Below, piece by piece: positions 47,310 through 56,495 of a stretch of 64,000 nucleotides of DNA. Position numbers and translations under genes: made by a program. Origin of the DNA: Clostridia bacterium (GTDB lineage: Bacteria; Bacillota; Clostridia; Christensenellales; CAG-138); assembly GCA_017448545.1 (NCBI GenBank), contig JAFSLH010000025.1, positions 1,262-65,261 of the forward strand, in the 5' to 3' direction. Each line of letters begins with the position of its first letter. The first letter of the stretch is position 1. The notes beneath the pieces are model-generated. The model searched no databases, was not told the origin of the DNA, and saw only the letters and a program-made list of their open reading frames with translations.

Positions 47310-49067
47310 TTACGATTGTTCCGTGCCGAGGAACATAAAGTTATACTTGCGGATCGCAAGCAGAATGCCGATCATCAAAAGGATGATCAACGCCGCAAAG
47401 ATGCCGTAGGTCTGCCAGAGCCGCGGCAGAAGGTCATAGCCGAAGTTGTGCATGTGATAGGTGGCCTGATTGAGCGGGCTGAGCCAGCCCACTGCGACGT
47501 TTGCCTTGTACATCAGCTCGTCCGGGAGGTTGAACATCTGCTTGATGAGCTGTGGATTCAGAAGCAGCCCGTAGAGCGAGAAGCCGAACGCCGCGACCAC
47601 GCCCGCGCTTTTGCCGCGCAGCAGCTTGAACAGAAGCATCAGCAGCGCAAGCACGAGCGTGTACAGCAGCATCAGGAGGAAAATCGTTTCGGCACATTGG
47701 TACGGACGCGACATCTCGAGCGTTTTGACGAGCGCCGGCAGTGCCACCGCCTTGCCCGCGCCGGAATACCCGAGGATCGCCGCCGTTTCCGACCACATAT
47801 TGCCGATAAAGCTGTTCTGCATGCAGATCAGCGTCGTCGCGATCAGAATGAAAACCATATAGATGAGCGTCGCAAGGATCAGATACACGAGCTGTCCCCA
47901 CGCCCACGTCGAGCGCTTCATGCGCACCAGATAATACGGCACGCCCGCGCCGAGGAACGGAATGTCCGCAAATAGCAGAACGAGCAGAAGTGAGATCAAA
48001 AGCACCGAGTTCGCGTCGCCGAAGGTCCAGACGAACGGTTCAAACGCCTGCATGGCCGTGCCCATATCATAGGCGAAGCTTGCCGCCTTGTCCGAGAGCA
48101 GAAAGCACAGGATGAACGCGAGCGCAAACGTCAGCACAATGCGTACGTTGCCGCGCCACATACGGAAGTTATAGCGCACGACCGCCGCGACCTGCGAGAG
48201 ACCGTAGAGCCCCGGGATCTTCTTGCCCTTCTTCGGCTTGGCGCGCTCGATGCGCTTTGCAAGGCGCTTTTGCGAAAGGTTCTGCGCAAAGTAGTGCCGC
48301 TTCTGCCGCTTATCGTCTCGCAGTTCCGTCTGCGCGGTCATGTAAAAGACAAGCTGCAGAATGACCACGAGCATCAAAAGCGTCAGCGCCGCGCTCTTGC
48401 CCTGCAGCGGCCACGCGCCCTCCATGGTGAGATAATTCTTGGGGTTCAGCATGAAGGTCGTGCGGAAATAGCGCTCCTGCAGGATGATCAAAACATAATA
48501 GAAGATGAACGGCGCGGCATACGCAAGGTACACGTTCTGGGTCAGCGACGAGGCTAAAAGCCCCACGCTTGCCCACAGCGCGCCCGAGAGAAAGAACAGC
48601 ACAAGCCGCAGCAGGATATCCGGGATCAGCGACTTGACCGCGTATTCCCCGTAGACCTCGATCGGCGCGAACACGAGAAAGAACACGCCGAGCGCCGTCA
48701 CGATACCGAGTACCAGCGCAAGCCCGCCGGAGACCGCTGCGTCGATCCCCTTGCCGAGGATGTAGCGCGATACGCTTGTCCGCGTCAGATACGGTTTCAG
48801 ATACCCTGATTTCACGTCGTCGGTGAACGCGGTGGTGTAGGGGATCGCGGCAAGGATCGGGACGGCGAACAGGATGATGTCGCTGCCCAAAGCGTTCAGC
48901 AAAAGCTCGCGATGATAGCCGTACAGCACCGCCCGTTCCTCCATACGAAACACGGAAAGCGCGTCCGAAAACGCGCCGATGCAAAGGCACAGCGCCATGC
49001 CGAGGAATGCGATCAGAAATGATCGCGAAAATACCGCCCGTTTGATGTCTCCAAAAATATGCTTCAT
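47310..49067 (-). CDS. Fused tandem ABC-2-type permease
   Basis: Two ~6-TM halves joined by basic linker; directly upstream of ABC ATPase. Confidence 0.75.
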   Translation of the reverse strand: MKHIFGDIKRAVFSRSFLIAFLGMALCLCIGAFSDALSVFRMEERAVLYGYHRELLLNALGSDIILFAVPILAAIPYTTAFTDDVKSGYLKPYLTRTSVSRYILGKGIDAAVSGGLALVLGIVTALGVFFLVFAPIEVYGEYAVKSLIPDILLRLVLFFLSGALWASVGLLASSLTQNVYLAYAAPFIFYYVLIILQERYFRTTFMLNPKNYLTMEGAWPLQGKSAALTLLMLVVILQLVFYMTAQTELRDDKRQKRHYFAQNLSQKRLAKRIERAKPKKGKKIPGLYGLSQVAAVVRYNFRMWRGNVRIVLTFALAFILCFLLSDKAASFAYDMGTAMQAFEPFVWTFGDANSVLLISLLLVLLFADIPFLGAGVPYYLVRMKRSTWAWGQLVYLILATLIYMVFILIATTLICMQNSFIGNMWSETAAILGYSGAGKAVALPALVKTLEMSRPYQCAETIFLLMLLYTLVLALLMLLFKLLRGKSAGVVAAFGFSLYGLLLNPQLIKQMFNLPDELMYKANVAVGWLSPLNQATYHMHNFGYDLLPRLWQTYGIFAALIILLMIGILLAIRKYNFMFLGTEQS

Positions 49068-49095
49068 CTTTCTTCCTTTCAATTTCCTTGATTCA

Positions 49096-49149
49096 ATCAT
49101 ACCTTTCTACATCGAAAAAGTTGTTTTCAAATTGTAATGGAATTGTAAT
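49096..49149 (-). promoter_or_regulatory. Response-regulator box plus -10 (module 1)
   Basis: ATTACA-N5-ATTACA, 31 nt, TATGAT. Confidence 0.8.
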
Positions 49150-49199
49150 TGATCAAAAAAAGGACCGCTGAAAAGCAGTCCTGTCAAGGTTGTATGACG

Positions 49200-49318
49200 A
49201 TCATTCAAGAACGAATAATTCACGTTCCGCGGGTCGATCACGCTGCCGTCGGCAGCATTGATCGAAAGCAATGGGTGAAGCTCCGTGCCACTATTGTTAT
49301 TCAAGGAACTGTGGAAGC
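49200..49318 (-). pseudogene. Remnant C-terminus of a fourth DUF6034-like lipoprotein
   Basis: ..HPLLSINAADGSVIDPR.. matches INA[VI]DG[ST] end motif of the three intact paralogues; no signal peptide or RBS. Confidence 0.65.
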
Positions 49319-49319
49319 A

Positions 49320-50819
49320 CTATCTTTTGCTTTCGGAGAACACGACCGTGCCGTCCACGGCGTTGATAATGATTGCATCGTGCGACAAGCGACGGTCGAT
49401 GCGGTTTTCGGGATTGTTCGAGTGGAAACCGTCAAACAGCACGACCCAGCACGGCACCTCGTAATAATCGGTCGAATCGGGCACGCGCAGCGTCTGCGTG
49501 GTCAGCATCATGCGGTAGATCTCCAGGGAAATCTGCCGGTTCTCGTTTCCCTGATACCGGAGGCTCGGATAGCACACCGACAGCGTATTTTTTACGATTC
49601 GCTGCACGTCCTCAAACGGAAGCAGCGCGACGTTCGGGTTCACCTCCGAAAGCACTGTCTTTTGTCCGCTGTACTCAAAGTATTCGATCCCGTTTTCATC
49701 GACAAAGACGCAAAGATATTCGGTCCGAATCGGCTCATTGGCAAGGTATCCGTCTTCGGCGCTGAATTCCAGAACGCTGCTGATCCGGTACGGAATGTCG
49801 AATACTGGGTAATCAAAGCTGCGCTTCAGTTCAAAGCCCCACCCGCCGGACACGCCGACAGTACTTGTTTCCGAGGCGTCAAACAGCGTCGCGTGTTCCG
49901 CCGCCGAAACAGTAAAGCCCTCGATGCCGAGCTTCTCAAGCCCTTGTCGCAGCATTGCTTCGGCGTCCTCCCTCATCAGGTCGGAATCCTTCCAGTACCG
50001 GTTTGTGTCGGTGGTCGGGTCGTCCTTGTCCCCTGTATAATCGTGTTCCCAGTAAAGATACCCGATATGCTTGCACCGATTGGACAGAATCACGTAGTTT
50101 CGCGTATCCCTCCCGTACGATGTGATCGTGGCGTTTTCGCCGTTCTCCGTCCGATAGCGTACCGTCTGCCCGATGCGATAACCGGAATAGTCCGTTACAG
50201 CCACGGTGTCGAGCGCATCCGGGGCATGTTTGATTTCATTCATGTACCATTCCGTTGTCTGCTTGACTTCCTCCGGATCGTAGCCCGTTTCGTCCCCGTC
50301 TCCCTGCATGCCGTTCGCCGCCCATTCTTCCCATGCGGCGACTTGGTCGAGGAACTGCTGCAGCTCGGCTTCCAGTTCCTTCTTCGTTTTTGCTTCGAGC
50401 ATTTCCCGCGCAACCGGATGCGGCAAGAGCGCGTCGGCAATGCGGACGATCTGCTCCTCGGTGAACTGCTTGCCCCGTGTGCGATAGGCGGGATATTGGC
50501 GGTCCGCGCGCGTCTCAACGTTGGTGTGGATCGACAGCGTCACGTAGTCACGAAGCGTGATCCCGTCCTCGTCCCACCGCTCCGGGAAGGTTTGTACCAT
50601 CGGCGCCGCCGTCGGCTCAGCAACTGTTTCGACGTTCGGCGCTGCGGTCGGATTTCCGGCAATTTCCATCGTTTCCATGACCGGCTCCGCCGTCGCGTAC
50701 AGCTTTTGTTCCAACACGTTATCGCCCTTGTTCCCAACAAACTCCGTCTCCGGCGTCGGCTGGCAGGCGCAGAGAAGGAGAAGGACTGCGATTAGAATGA
50801 AAATAAACTGTTTTTTCAT
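49320..50819 (-). CDS. DUF6034-like lipoprotein, paralogue 2
   Basis: LCAC lipobox, CQPTPETEFVGNK, VPCW, INAVDGT. Confidence 0.8.
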   Translation of the reverse strand: MKKQFIFILIAVLLLLCACQPTPETEFVGNKGDNVLEQKLYATAEPVMETMEIAGNPTAAPNVETVAEPTAAPMVQTFPERWDEDGITLRDYVTLSIHTNVETRADRQYPAYRTRGKQFTEEQIVRIADALLPHPVAREMLEAKTKKELEAELQQFLDQVAAWEEWAANGMQGDGDETGYDPEEVKQTTEWYMNEIKHAPDALDTVAVTDYSGYRIGQTVRYRTENGENATITSYGRDTRNYVILSNRCKHIGYLYWEHDYTGDKDDPTTDTNRYWKDSDLMREDAEAMLRQGLEKLGIEGFTVSAAEHATLFDASETSTVGVSGGWGFELKRSFDYPVFDIPYRISSVLEFSAEDGYLANEPIRTEYLCVFVDENGIEYFEYSGQKTVLSEVNPNVALLPFEDVQRIVKNTLSVCYPSLRYQGNENRQISLEIYRMMLTTQTLRVPDSTDYYEVPCWVVLFDGFHSNNPENRIDRRLSHDAIIINAVDGTVVFSESKR

Positions 50820-50831
50820 AGCTTTCTTCTC

Positions 50832-52256
50832 TCATCCGACCCATGAGTCACGTTTGATAATGCTTCCATCGACAGCGTTGATTGTCAGAAAAGAGTATCG
50901 CTCGTCGGATGCGAACGAAGCAAGGTTCTCGTCGACCCGATAGCCCAGAAAATCCCACGCAGGAACCAAAAGTCCGCCCTCGCCGTTCTGCTCCCGAATG
51001 CTGACCAGACCGAGCCGTACAGACGTGATGCAATACTGCTCGTCACGATCCATCGGATCTGCGTTGTTATCCACAATTACTACCATTTTTTCGAAGATGT
51101 CCAGAATCTTTTCATATGAAAGCAGGGTCGCGGCAGACACGGTAACTTCCTGCGCAACGCAAGGGTTGTTGTAAAACAGTCCTGCTACGCCGTCATCATC
51201 TACCAACACATAGCAACGCTCATATTCCCAATTGCGCGCATAATCATTCGGTTCAACACCGGATTGCTGCGTGAAAGTGGTCTGTGCACCGTTGACCGCC
51301 ATCGTATACACGAACGCCCAATAAGCGCGGTACGGAACGGCGTCAAGCCGTACATCGCCCGGATAGACGCGTACACTTTTCGTAAACGCGCATTCAAGGT
51401 GTTCCAATCCCATCGTCGCAAGTACGCACTCTGCCTCTGCGCGGGCATCCGCTTCGGAGATATCCAGTCCGTTCTGCCATTTCGTTCCGTCAATCGGATA
51501 GTGTACATCGTCGACGATGTCACGCTGGTAGTACACGCTGCTGTTCCCGAATTCGCTGCTGCTGAAGATGTCCAGTCTCGACTGCGAATCGTCGGCGTTT
51601 ACCGTCAAAAATGTCAGATAGCGGTCATTGGTTCTCTTCTCGCCTCCCGGCGTCCAGACATGCGGCGTCTCCCATTCATAGGTCGGCGCAAAGGTCTCTG
51701 GTTTTTCCGGTGCATTCGCCGCTTGTGCCATCAGTTTCTGAAGGTATCGTTCAAAGTTCTCTTTTGTTTCGAAGTTTTCACCGTATACTAGATTTCCGTA
51801 CTCGTTCCAATGCTCCAATGCATCCTTGTACGTCAAGACTTCCTTTTCATACGACGCACGCGTGCGGTTATTCTCGCCCCACGGATCGACGCACTGCGGG
51901 TTCTCGCCCAAAAGAGCGGTCACGAAACGGTGCGCATCTTCATCGGAGAACAGGACGGGCGCAATCCGAACAATCGGGAGCTCCGTATCCGGCAGAACGA
52001 TCGGCGCGTCGACCTCAGTCTTCAGATGCCCGCCGCCGCTTACGAGCGACGCTGTATAATGCGTCGGCGCACCGAGTCTCTCGTACCAGTCGACAGTCAG
52101 TTTTTCAGGGTCGGCTGTTTCATAGGTCGCTTCCTCTTCGGCTTTGCCGATCATGATATCCTGATCTTTTCCGACCACAATCTCCGTCTCCGGCGTTGGC
52201 TGACAGCCAAAAAGCAGAAGGACTGCAAAGAATAGGATAAAAATGCGTTTCTTCAT
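50832..52256 (-). CDS. DUF6034-like lipoprotein, paralogue 1
   Basis: LFGC lipobox, CQPTPETEIVVGK, LVPAWDFLG, TINAVDGS. Confidence 0.8.
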   Translation of the reverse strand: MKKRIFILFFAVLLLFGCQPTPETEIVVGKDQDIMIGKAEEEATYETADPEKLTVDWYERLGAPTHYTASLVSGGGHLKTEVDAPIVLPDTELPIVRIAPVLFSDEDAHRFVTALLGENPQCVDPWGENNRTRASYEKEVLTYKDALEHWNEYGNLVYGENFETKENFERYLQKLMAQAANAPEKPETFAPTYEWETPHVWTPGGEKRTNDRYLTFLTVNADDSQSRLDIFSSSEFGNSSVYYQRDIVDDVHYPIDGTKWQNGLDISEADARAEAECVLATMGLEHLECAFTKSVRVYPGDVRLDAVPYRAYWAFVYTMAVNGAQTTFTQQSGVEPNDYARNWEYERCYVLVDDDGVAGLFYNNPCVAQEVTVSAATLLSYEKILDIFEKMVVIVDNNADPMDRDEQYCITSVRLGLVSIREQNGEGGLLVPAWDFLGYRVDENLASFASDERYSFLTINAVDGSIIKRDSWVG

Positions 52257-52287
52257 GGAATCACTCCTTTTCTCGGTTTCTGCTTTC

Positions 52288-52341
52288 AGCATACCGAAGG
52301 GCCGCGGGAAAGACATCATCAAAGTGTAATGAAACTGTAAT
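52288..52341 (-). promoter_or_regulatory. Response-regulator box plus -10 (module 2)
   Basis: ATTACA-N5-ATTACA, 31 nt, TATGCT. Confidence 0.8.
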
Positions 52342-52380
52342 GAAAATGCGTTATGGGGGTTGCGTCCCCGAAAAGCGCAA

Positions 52381-52472
52381 GGATCCTTCGACTCGCTGCG
52401 CTCGCTCAGGATGACAGCCATTTGGGTTCAACGCTGCCCGTCATTCCGAGCGAGGAACGAGTCGAGGAATCT
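52381..52472. repeat. Pair of REP-like palindromes, family D
   Basis: GATCCTTCGACTCGCTGCGCTCGCTCAGGATGAC and inverted relative GTCATTCCGAGCGAGGAACGAGTCGAGGAATC. Confidence 0.7.
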
Positions 52473-52507
52473 TTTCCGGTGCAAAAGGCGAGGATCGTGT
52501 CGCCCAC

Positions 52508-53890
52508 TTACGGCAGCGTCACCGACACCGTCGTGCCTTTGTCCGGTTCGCTGTCCACGGCTACGCTTGCGCCGTGGGCGTCGGCGATCCTTTTGACCAG
52601 CGCGAGGCCGAGGCCGCTGCCGCCCTGGCGCTTGCTGCGGGATTTGTCCACGCGGAAAAACGGCTCGAAGATGCGGCTTTGCGCCTCCTTCGGAATGCCG
52701 CGCCCGTGATCGGAGACCGAAAACGTCCTGCCGGTGACCGAAAGCACGATCGGCTTTTCGGGCGCGTCCGCGTCGTAGGCGTTCGCCGCGTTGACGATCA
52801 GATTGGAAAGCAGCGAGCGCCAAAGATCGGCGTTCAACACCAACGTTTGCGGTTCGCACTGAACGGAAAGTGTCGCGCCGCGCTCGTTCAGCTTCGGCTC
52901 CACGCCCTCCCTGATCTCGTCCAGCAGTTCCGGGAGCTCGACCGGCCTTTTTTCGATGTCGTCCTCCGAGGTCGTCAGCTTCAAAAGGTTCTGCGTCAGC
53001 CGTTCAAGCCACGCGGTCTGCGATTCGATATGCGCAAGCGACGCGTCGCGCTCGTCTTCGCTGAGGTTCGCGCGGCGCAGAAGCCCCGCATGGAGCAAAA
53101 GCCCCGTCATCGGCGTTTTGAACTCGTGCGTGACGCCGCCGATGAACAGGCGCTGGCGCTCGTTGCGCTCCTCGAGCTCGGTGATTTTCGTTTCGACGGC
53201 GGCCGCCATGCGGTTGAAGTCCTCGCCTAAGCGCCCGACCTCGTCCTTTGTGCGGATCGCGACGCGTTTTTGGTACGCGCCGTCGGCGATCTCCTTTGCC
53301 GCGTCGGACAGCAGCGTGATCGGTTTAGTGCTGTGCCGAACGAGCAGCGCCACCGCTGCTGCGCCGATCACGATCGCGCCGAAGCTGACCGCCGCAAAGA
53401 TCCACGCCATGCGTCGGATGCCCGTGTGCACGTCGGTCACATCCTCGACCACATAGACGCTGTAGGTTCTGCCGCTCACCCGCGCGGCGCTTCCCGCGAT
53501 CAACAGGTTCCGGCCCTGCACGGTCACGGCGACCGGCGTATTGTCGCTGTATGCGCTGTCGTCGATTGGTACATACGCCGACGGATCGACGCTGACGCCG
53601 GAAACAATCACTTCGCCGTCGCGCATCAGCACGGAATACCGGTCGGCAAACCGCGAGAAGCAGAGCTTGATCAGGGAGTAATGCACCGCATCGGAATCGC
53701 TGCTTGCCGCATAGTAGTTCGCCATCTCGGAAAACGACGTGGAAAGGTTCTGCTGCTTGCGCTGCGTCTGCTCGACCGCCAGAGACAGCGTCGTATTCCG
53801 CACATACAGCAGCAGCGACAGCGATACGCCGAGAATGGTCGCGGCAAGAACGATCGAAACCAGCAGGGTAATTCGCTTGCTCAGCTTCAT
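52508..53890 (-). CDS. Sensor histidine kinase (HAMP-HisKA-HATPase)
   Basis: 2 TM, DEVGRL..FNRM, THEFKTPMT, NLIVNA, DHGRGI, FFRVDKSRS, GSGLGL. Confidence 0.95.
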   Translation of the reverse strand: MKLSKRITLLVSIVLAATILGVSLSLLLYVRNTTLSLAVEQTQRKQQNLSTSFSEMANYYAASSDSDAVHYSLIKLCFSRFADRYSVLMRDGEVIVSGVSVDPSAYVPIDDSAYSDNTPVAVTVQGRNLLIAGSAARVSGRTYSVYVVEDVTDVHTGIRRMAWIFAAVSFGAIVIGAAAVALLVRHSTKPITLLSDAAKEIADGAYQKRVAIRTKDEVGRLGEDFNRMAAAVETKITELEERNERQRLFIGGVTHEFKTPMTGLLLHAGLLRRANLSEDERDASLAHIESQTAWLERLTQNLLKLTTSEDDIEKRPVELPELLDEIREGVEPKLNERGATLSVQCEPQTLVLNADLWRSLLSNLIVNAANAYDADAPEKPIVLSVTGRTFSVSDHGRGIPKEAQSRIFEPFFRVDKSRSKRQGGSGLGLALVKRIADAHGASVAVDSEPDKGTTVSVTLP

Positions 53891-53891
53891 A

Positions 53892-54554
53892 TTATCGCTC
53901 CTCCAGTCGATAGCCGAGCTTGGGGATCGTGCGGATCGTATCCTCGAGCCCGAGCTTTTTGCGCAGCGCGGAAATCTTGACGTCGACCATGCGTGTCTCT
54001 CCGAGGTAGTCGAAGCCCCAGACCTCGGAAAGCAGCCGTTCGCGCGAAACGGTCATGTTCTTATGCCGCAGCAGCGCCACCAGCACATCGAATTCCAGCG
54101 GCTGCAGCTCGATCGGCTCGCCGCCCTTCGTGACCGTGTGCGTTTCGGTGTTGACGACGATATCCTTGACGCGATAGACGGCGTTCCACTTGCCGACGCG
54201 CTTCAGGACCTTTTCGATGCGCACCATGAGCGTCAGCGGGTCGAACGGCTTTACGATATAGTCTTCCGCGCCGTCCCGAAGCCCTTTGATCTCGGAGGCG
54301 GAGTCGGTCTTTGCGGTCATGTAGATGACAGGGATGCCGTACTGCTCCATAAGCCCGAACAGCTCGAACCCGTCCATGCCGGGCAGCATGATATCCAAAA
54401 GCGCAAGGTCGTACGCGTGATCGCATTCGAGCGCATCCGCGGCTTTCTTTCCGTCGTCGAACGCGACGGCGTCATAATCCGCAAACTGCAGATTCAAAAG
54501 CACCGCGTCGCGGATCGCCGCGTCGTCCTCTACCACAAGAATCCTGTTTTTCAT
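53892..54554 (-). CDS. OmpR-family response regulator
   Basis: ILVVEDD, LLDIMLPGMDG, GAEDYIVKPF, VD..IS.LRKKL, GYRLE. Confidence 0.95.
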   Translation of the reverse strand: MKNRILVVEDDAAIRDAVLLNLQFADYDAVAFDDGKKAADALECDHAYDLALLDIMLPGMDGFELFGLMEQYGIPVIYMTAKTDSASEIKGLRDGAEDYIVKPFDPLTLMVRIEKVLKRVGKWNAVYRVKDIVVNTETHTVTKGGEPIELQPLEFDVLVALLRHKNMTVSRERLLSEVWGFDYLGETRMVDVKISALRKKLGLEDTIRTIPKLGYRLEER

Positions 54555-54581
54555 CGCATTCTCCTTCGATTCGTTGTCTAA

Positions 54582-54635
54582 AGTGTACCATATTTCGCAC
54601 ACTTCCGGCATACGGGGATGTAATCAAAATGTAAT
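54582..54635 (-). promoter_or_regulatory. Response-regulator box plus -10 (module 3, autoregulation)
   Basis: ATTACA-N5-ATTACA, 31 nt, TACACT. Confidence 0.8.
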
Positions 54636-54763
54636 TTCTGTGAAAACAAAAGAGCAGAAAACGGATATGCATGTTATCATCCGTTTTATTGGACAGGTAA
54701 TCGTGTATGATTAGCGTAACAGTAGTGGAAGTATCCTTTTCGGCAGGTAAGGAGGTGTGGACA

Positions 54764-55669
54764 ATGCAGGCAATCAAGATTCGACAAGCTGACGAAACGC
54801 TGCGGCGGTATCAGAACGCAGAGTTTATTCCCGCGTTCCTTATGATCCCCGAAGTACTGCTGAATCGCACCAATCAGGAAATGATTACGCTCAAGCGTAC
54901 GCCGCGAGCGCTGTTTTCCGATCCAGAAACCATTGCACGCGTGGAAAGCGACAATTATCTGCAGGCCGTGATGGATGTATATGCATACCTCGCGTGGCCG
55001 TATATGGGCATTCACGGAAAGATGGAAGATTACTCCGGCTACGATCCCTTTTGGCGTGTGGCGCACTGCGCGCCGATCTGGATCGATGCGATGGAAGAAC
55101 TGCAAATCCTGCCGAAGGTCGGGGAGTTCTATCGGCAGACAATGCAGAATCCCGATCAGCATTTCGGCTTCGTGCCGGAGACGGAGATCATTGCAATCAT
55201 GGAAACCGTCGTGCCGTACGCCATGGAAAAGCACGGCTTCCGTGAGATGTATCAGTATATCAGAAAGCATCGCTGTCACGAGGACTTCGGCTCGCGCAGG
55301 AGTTTTGATAAGACCAATTTCTATGTTCGCTGGTATCACTCGGACACGAAGCACCCGACAAAGATTTCTACGGATGTACTGCGAATCAAAAACTATACGA
55401 AGCCGGATTTCTGTGTCAACCCCGACGGTGAGCTGGAGGAATCCGTTTGGGATCGCGTCGAGGCAAAGGCGTTTTGGGACACCTTATCCGAAACCGATCA
55501 GAAGATCCTCTGGTTGCGTTGGAACGATATGAAAATGGAGGATGTCGCCAAAGCCGTCGGGCTCTCCACGCACAGCGCCGTTTCAAAGCGGATACAGAGC
55601 ATTGGACGGCGGTATGAGGAGTTTACCGGGGAGAGGTTGGGGCTTAAATACAAAGAAAAGGAAGGTTGA
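54764..55669 (+). CDS. Sigma-70 region-4-like HTH protein of mobile element
   Basis: AAGGAGG RBS; C-terminal LSETDQKIL.LR....MEDVAKAVGLSTHSAVSKRI. Confidence 0.75.
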   Translation: MQAIKIRQADETLRRYQNAEFIPAFLMIPEVLLNRTNQEMITLKRTPRALFSDPETIARVESDNYLQAVMDVYAYLAWPYMGIHGKMEDYSGYDPFWRVAHCAPIWIDAMEELQILPKVGEFYRQTMQNPDQHFGFVPETEIIAIMETVVPYAMEKHGFREMYQYIRKHRCHEDFGSRRSFDKTNFYVRWYHSDTKHPTKISTDVLRIKNYTKPDFCVNPDGELEESVWDRVEAKAFWDTLSETDQKILWLRWNDMKMEDVAKAVGLSTHSAVSKRIQSIGRRYEEFTGERLGLKYKEKEG

Positions 55670-55685
55670 ACAGCCTTCCTTTTCA
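55655..55685. terminator. Bidirectional terminator
   Basis: GAAAAGGAAGGTTG-AA-CAGCCTTCCTTTTC. Confidence 0.7.
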
Positions 55686-55691
55686 ACGCTC

Positions 55692-55955
55692 TTAAAACAT
55701 TGCTCGAAGATTAGTATCTCCACACATTACATTTCGCCATGCGGCTTGTCCCGATAGTTCTGCAACGAATACTCTATCATCGACATCGGTGCAAGCAATC
55801 AACATATTTGCAACTTCTAAACATGTTTTGTTTGTGTTGATCGCCCACGCGGATTCGGATAGACGCGCCCATTTGGGGAAGCTTCTGATTGTGTTATGTA
55901 ACGCATCATAGCTTTTGTTGACACCGCAAAGGTCATACGAAATCACCATCGTCAT
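55692..55955 (-). CDS. Small Cas2-like ferredoxin-fold protein
   Basis: MVISYDL..SY.AL...I...W....ESAW..DRVFVAEL pattern. Confidence 0.6.
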   Translation of the reverse strand: MTMVISYDLCGVNKSYDALHNTIRSFPKWARLSESAWAINTNKTCLEVANMLIACTDVDDRVFVAELSGQAAWRNVMCGDTNLRAMF

Positions 55956-55967
55956 GTGCAGGAGACC

Positions 55968-56135
55968 TCATTTTTTCATAGCATGCTTAGTGGTATCGAC
56001 CAAGGTAAATGTGGTCACACCGGATGATGTCGGCGGAACTCTCTTGCCTTCGACAAGAGTAATCTCCGTCTTACTACCAAAAGGACGATACTGTCCTGAC
56101 ACAGGGGCTTTTTGCCCAGTCTTGATTTTTGTCAC
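55968..56135 (-). CDS. YjzC-like 55-aa protein (not in ORF track)
   Basis: GAAAGGA RBS, GTG; MTKIKTGQKAPVSGQYRPFGSKTEITLVEGKRVPPTSSGVTTFTLVDTTKHAMKK. Confidence 0.75.
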   Translation of the reverse strand: MTKIKTGQKAPVSGQYRPFGSKTEITLVEGKRVPPTSSGVTTFTLVDTTKHAMKK

Positions 56136-56495
56136 AGCAAAAATCCTTTCTGTATTTTATTGAAAACAACTTGGAGTCCTGTTTTTTACTTTCCGTCGGC
56201 AAAGTTTGAATTGCAAATTGGTGATCAACGTGGTAAAATGAATTGTCATGTCATGTGCCCGCGTGAGTTTGCACAATGCCGGCACAGGGAGGCGCTTCAC
56301 CAAAGCGCCTTTTTCCATACCGTTTTCTAAAACCATTATAGCTGCATTTTGCGTTCGTGTCAACGCGTTTTTAACATTAAGCATGATATATGAGAGTGAA
56401 ATTATCGTAAAATAAACTTATTGATGTTATTAATTTATTTTAGTCTTGACAGACGCTACTCTGCATGGTATTATCCGGTAAAAGGAGAGATGACC

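Noticed and set aside
41939-52256. Lipoprotein paralogues as DGR or invertase shufflon targets
   Set aside because: No reverse transcriptase, no near-identical TR/VR pair, all copies co-oriented with no flanking inverted sites
55692-55955. Cas2-like gene as evidence of a CRISPR-Cas locus
   Set aside because: No cas1, effector genes or array in the window
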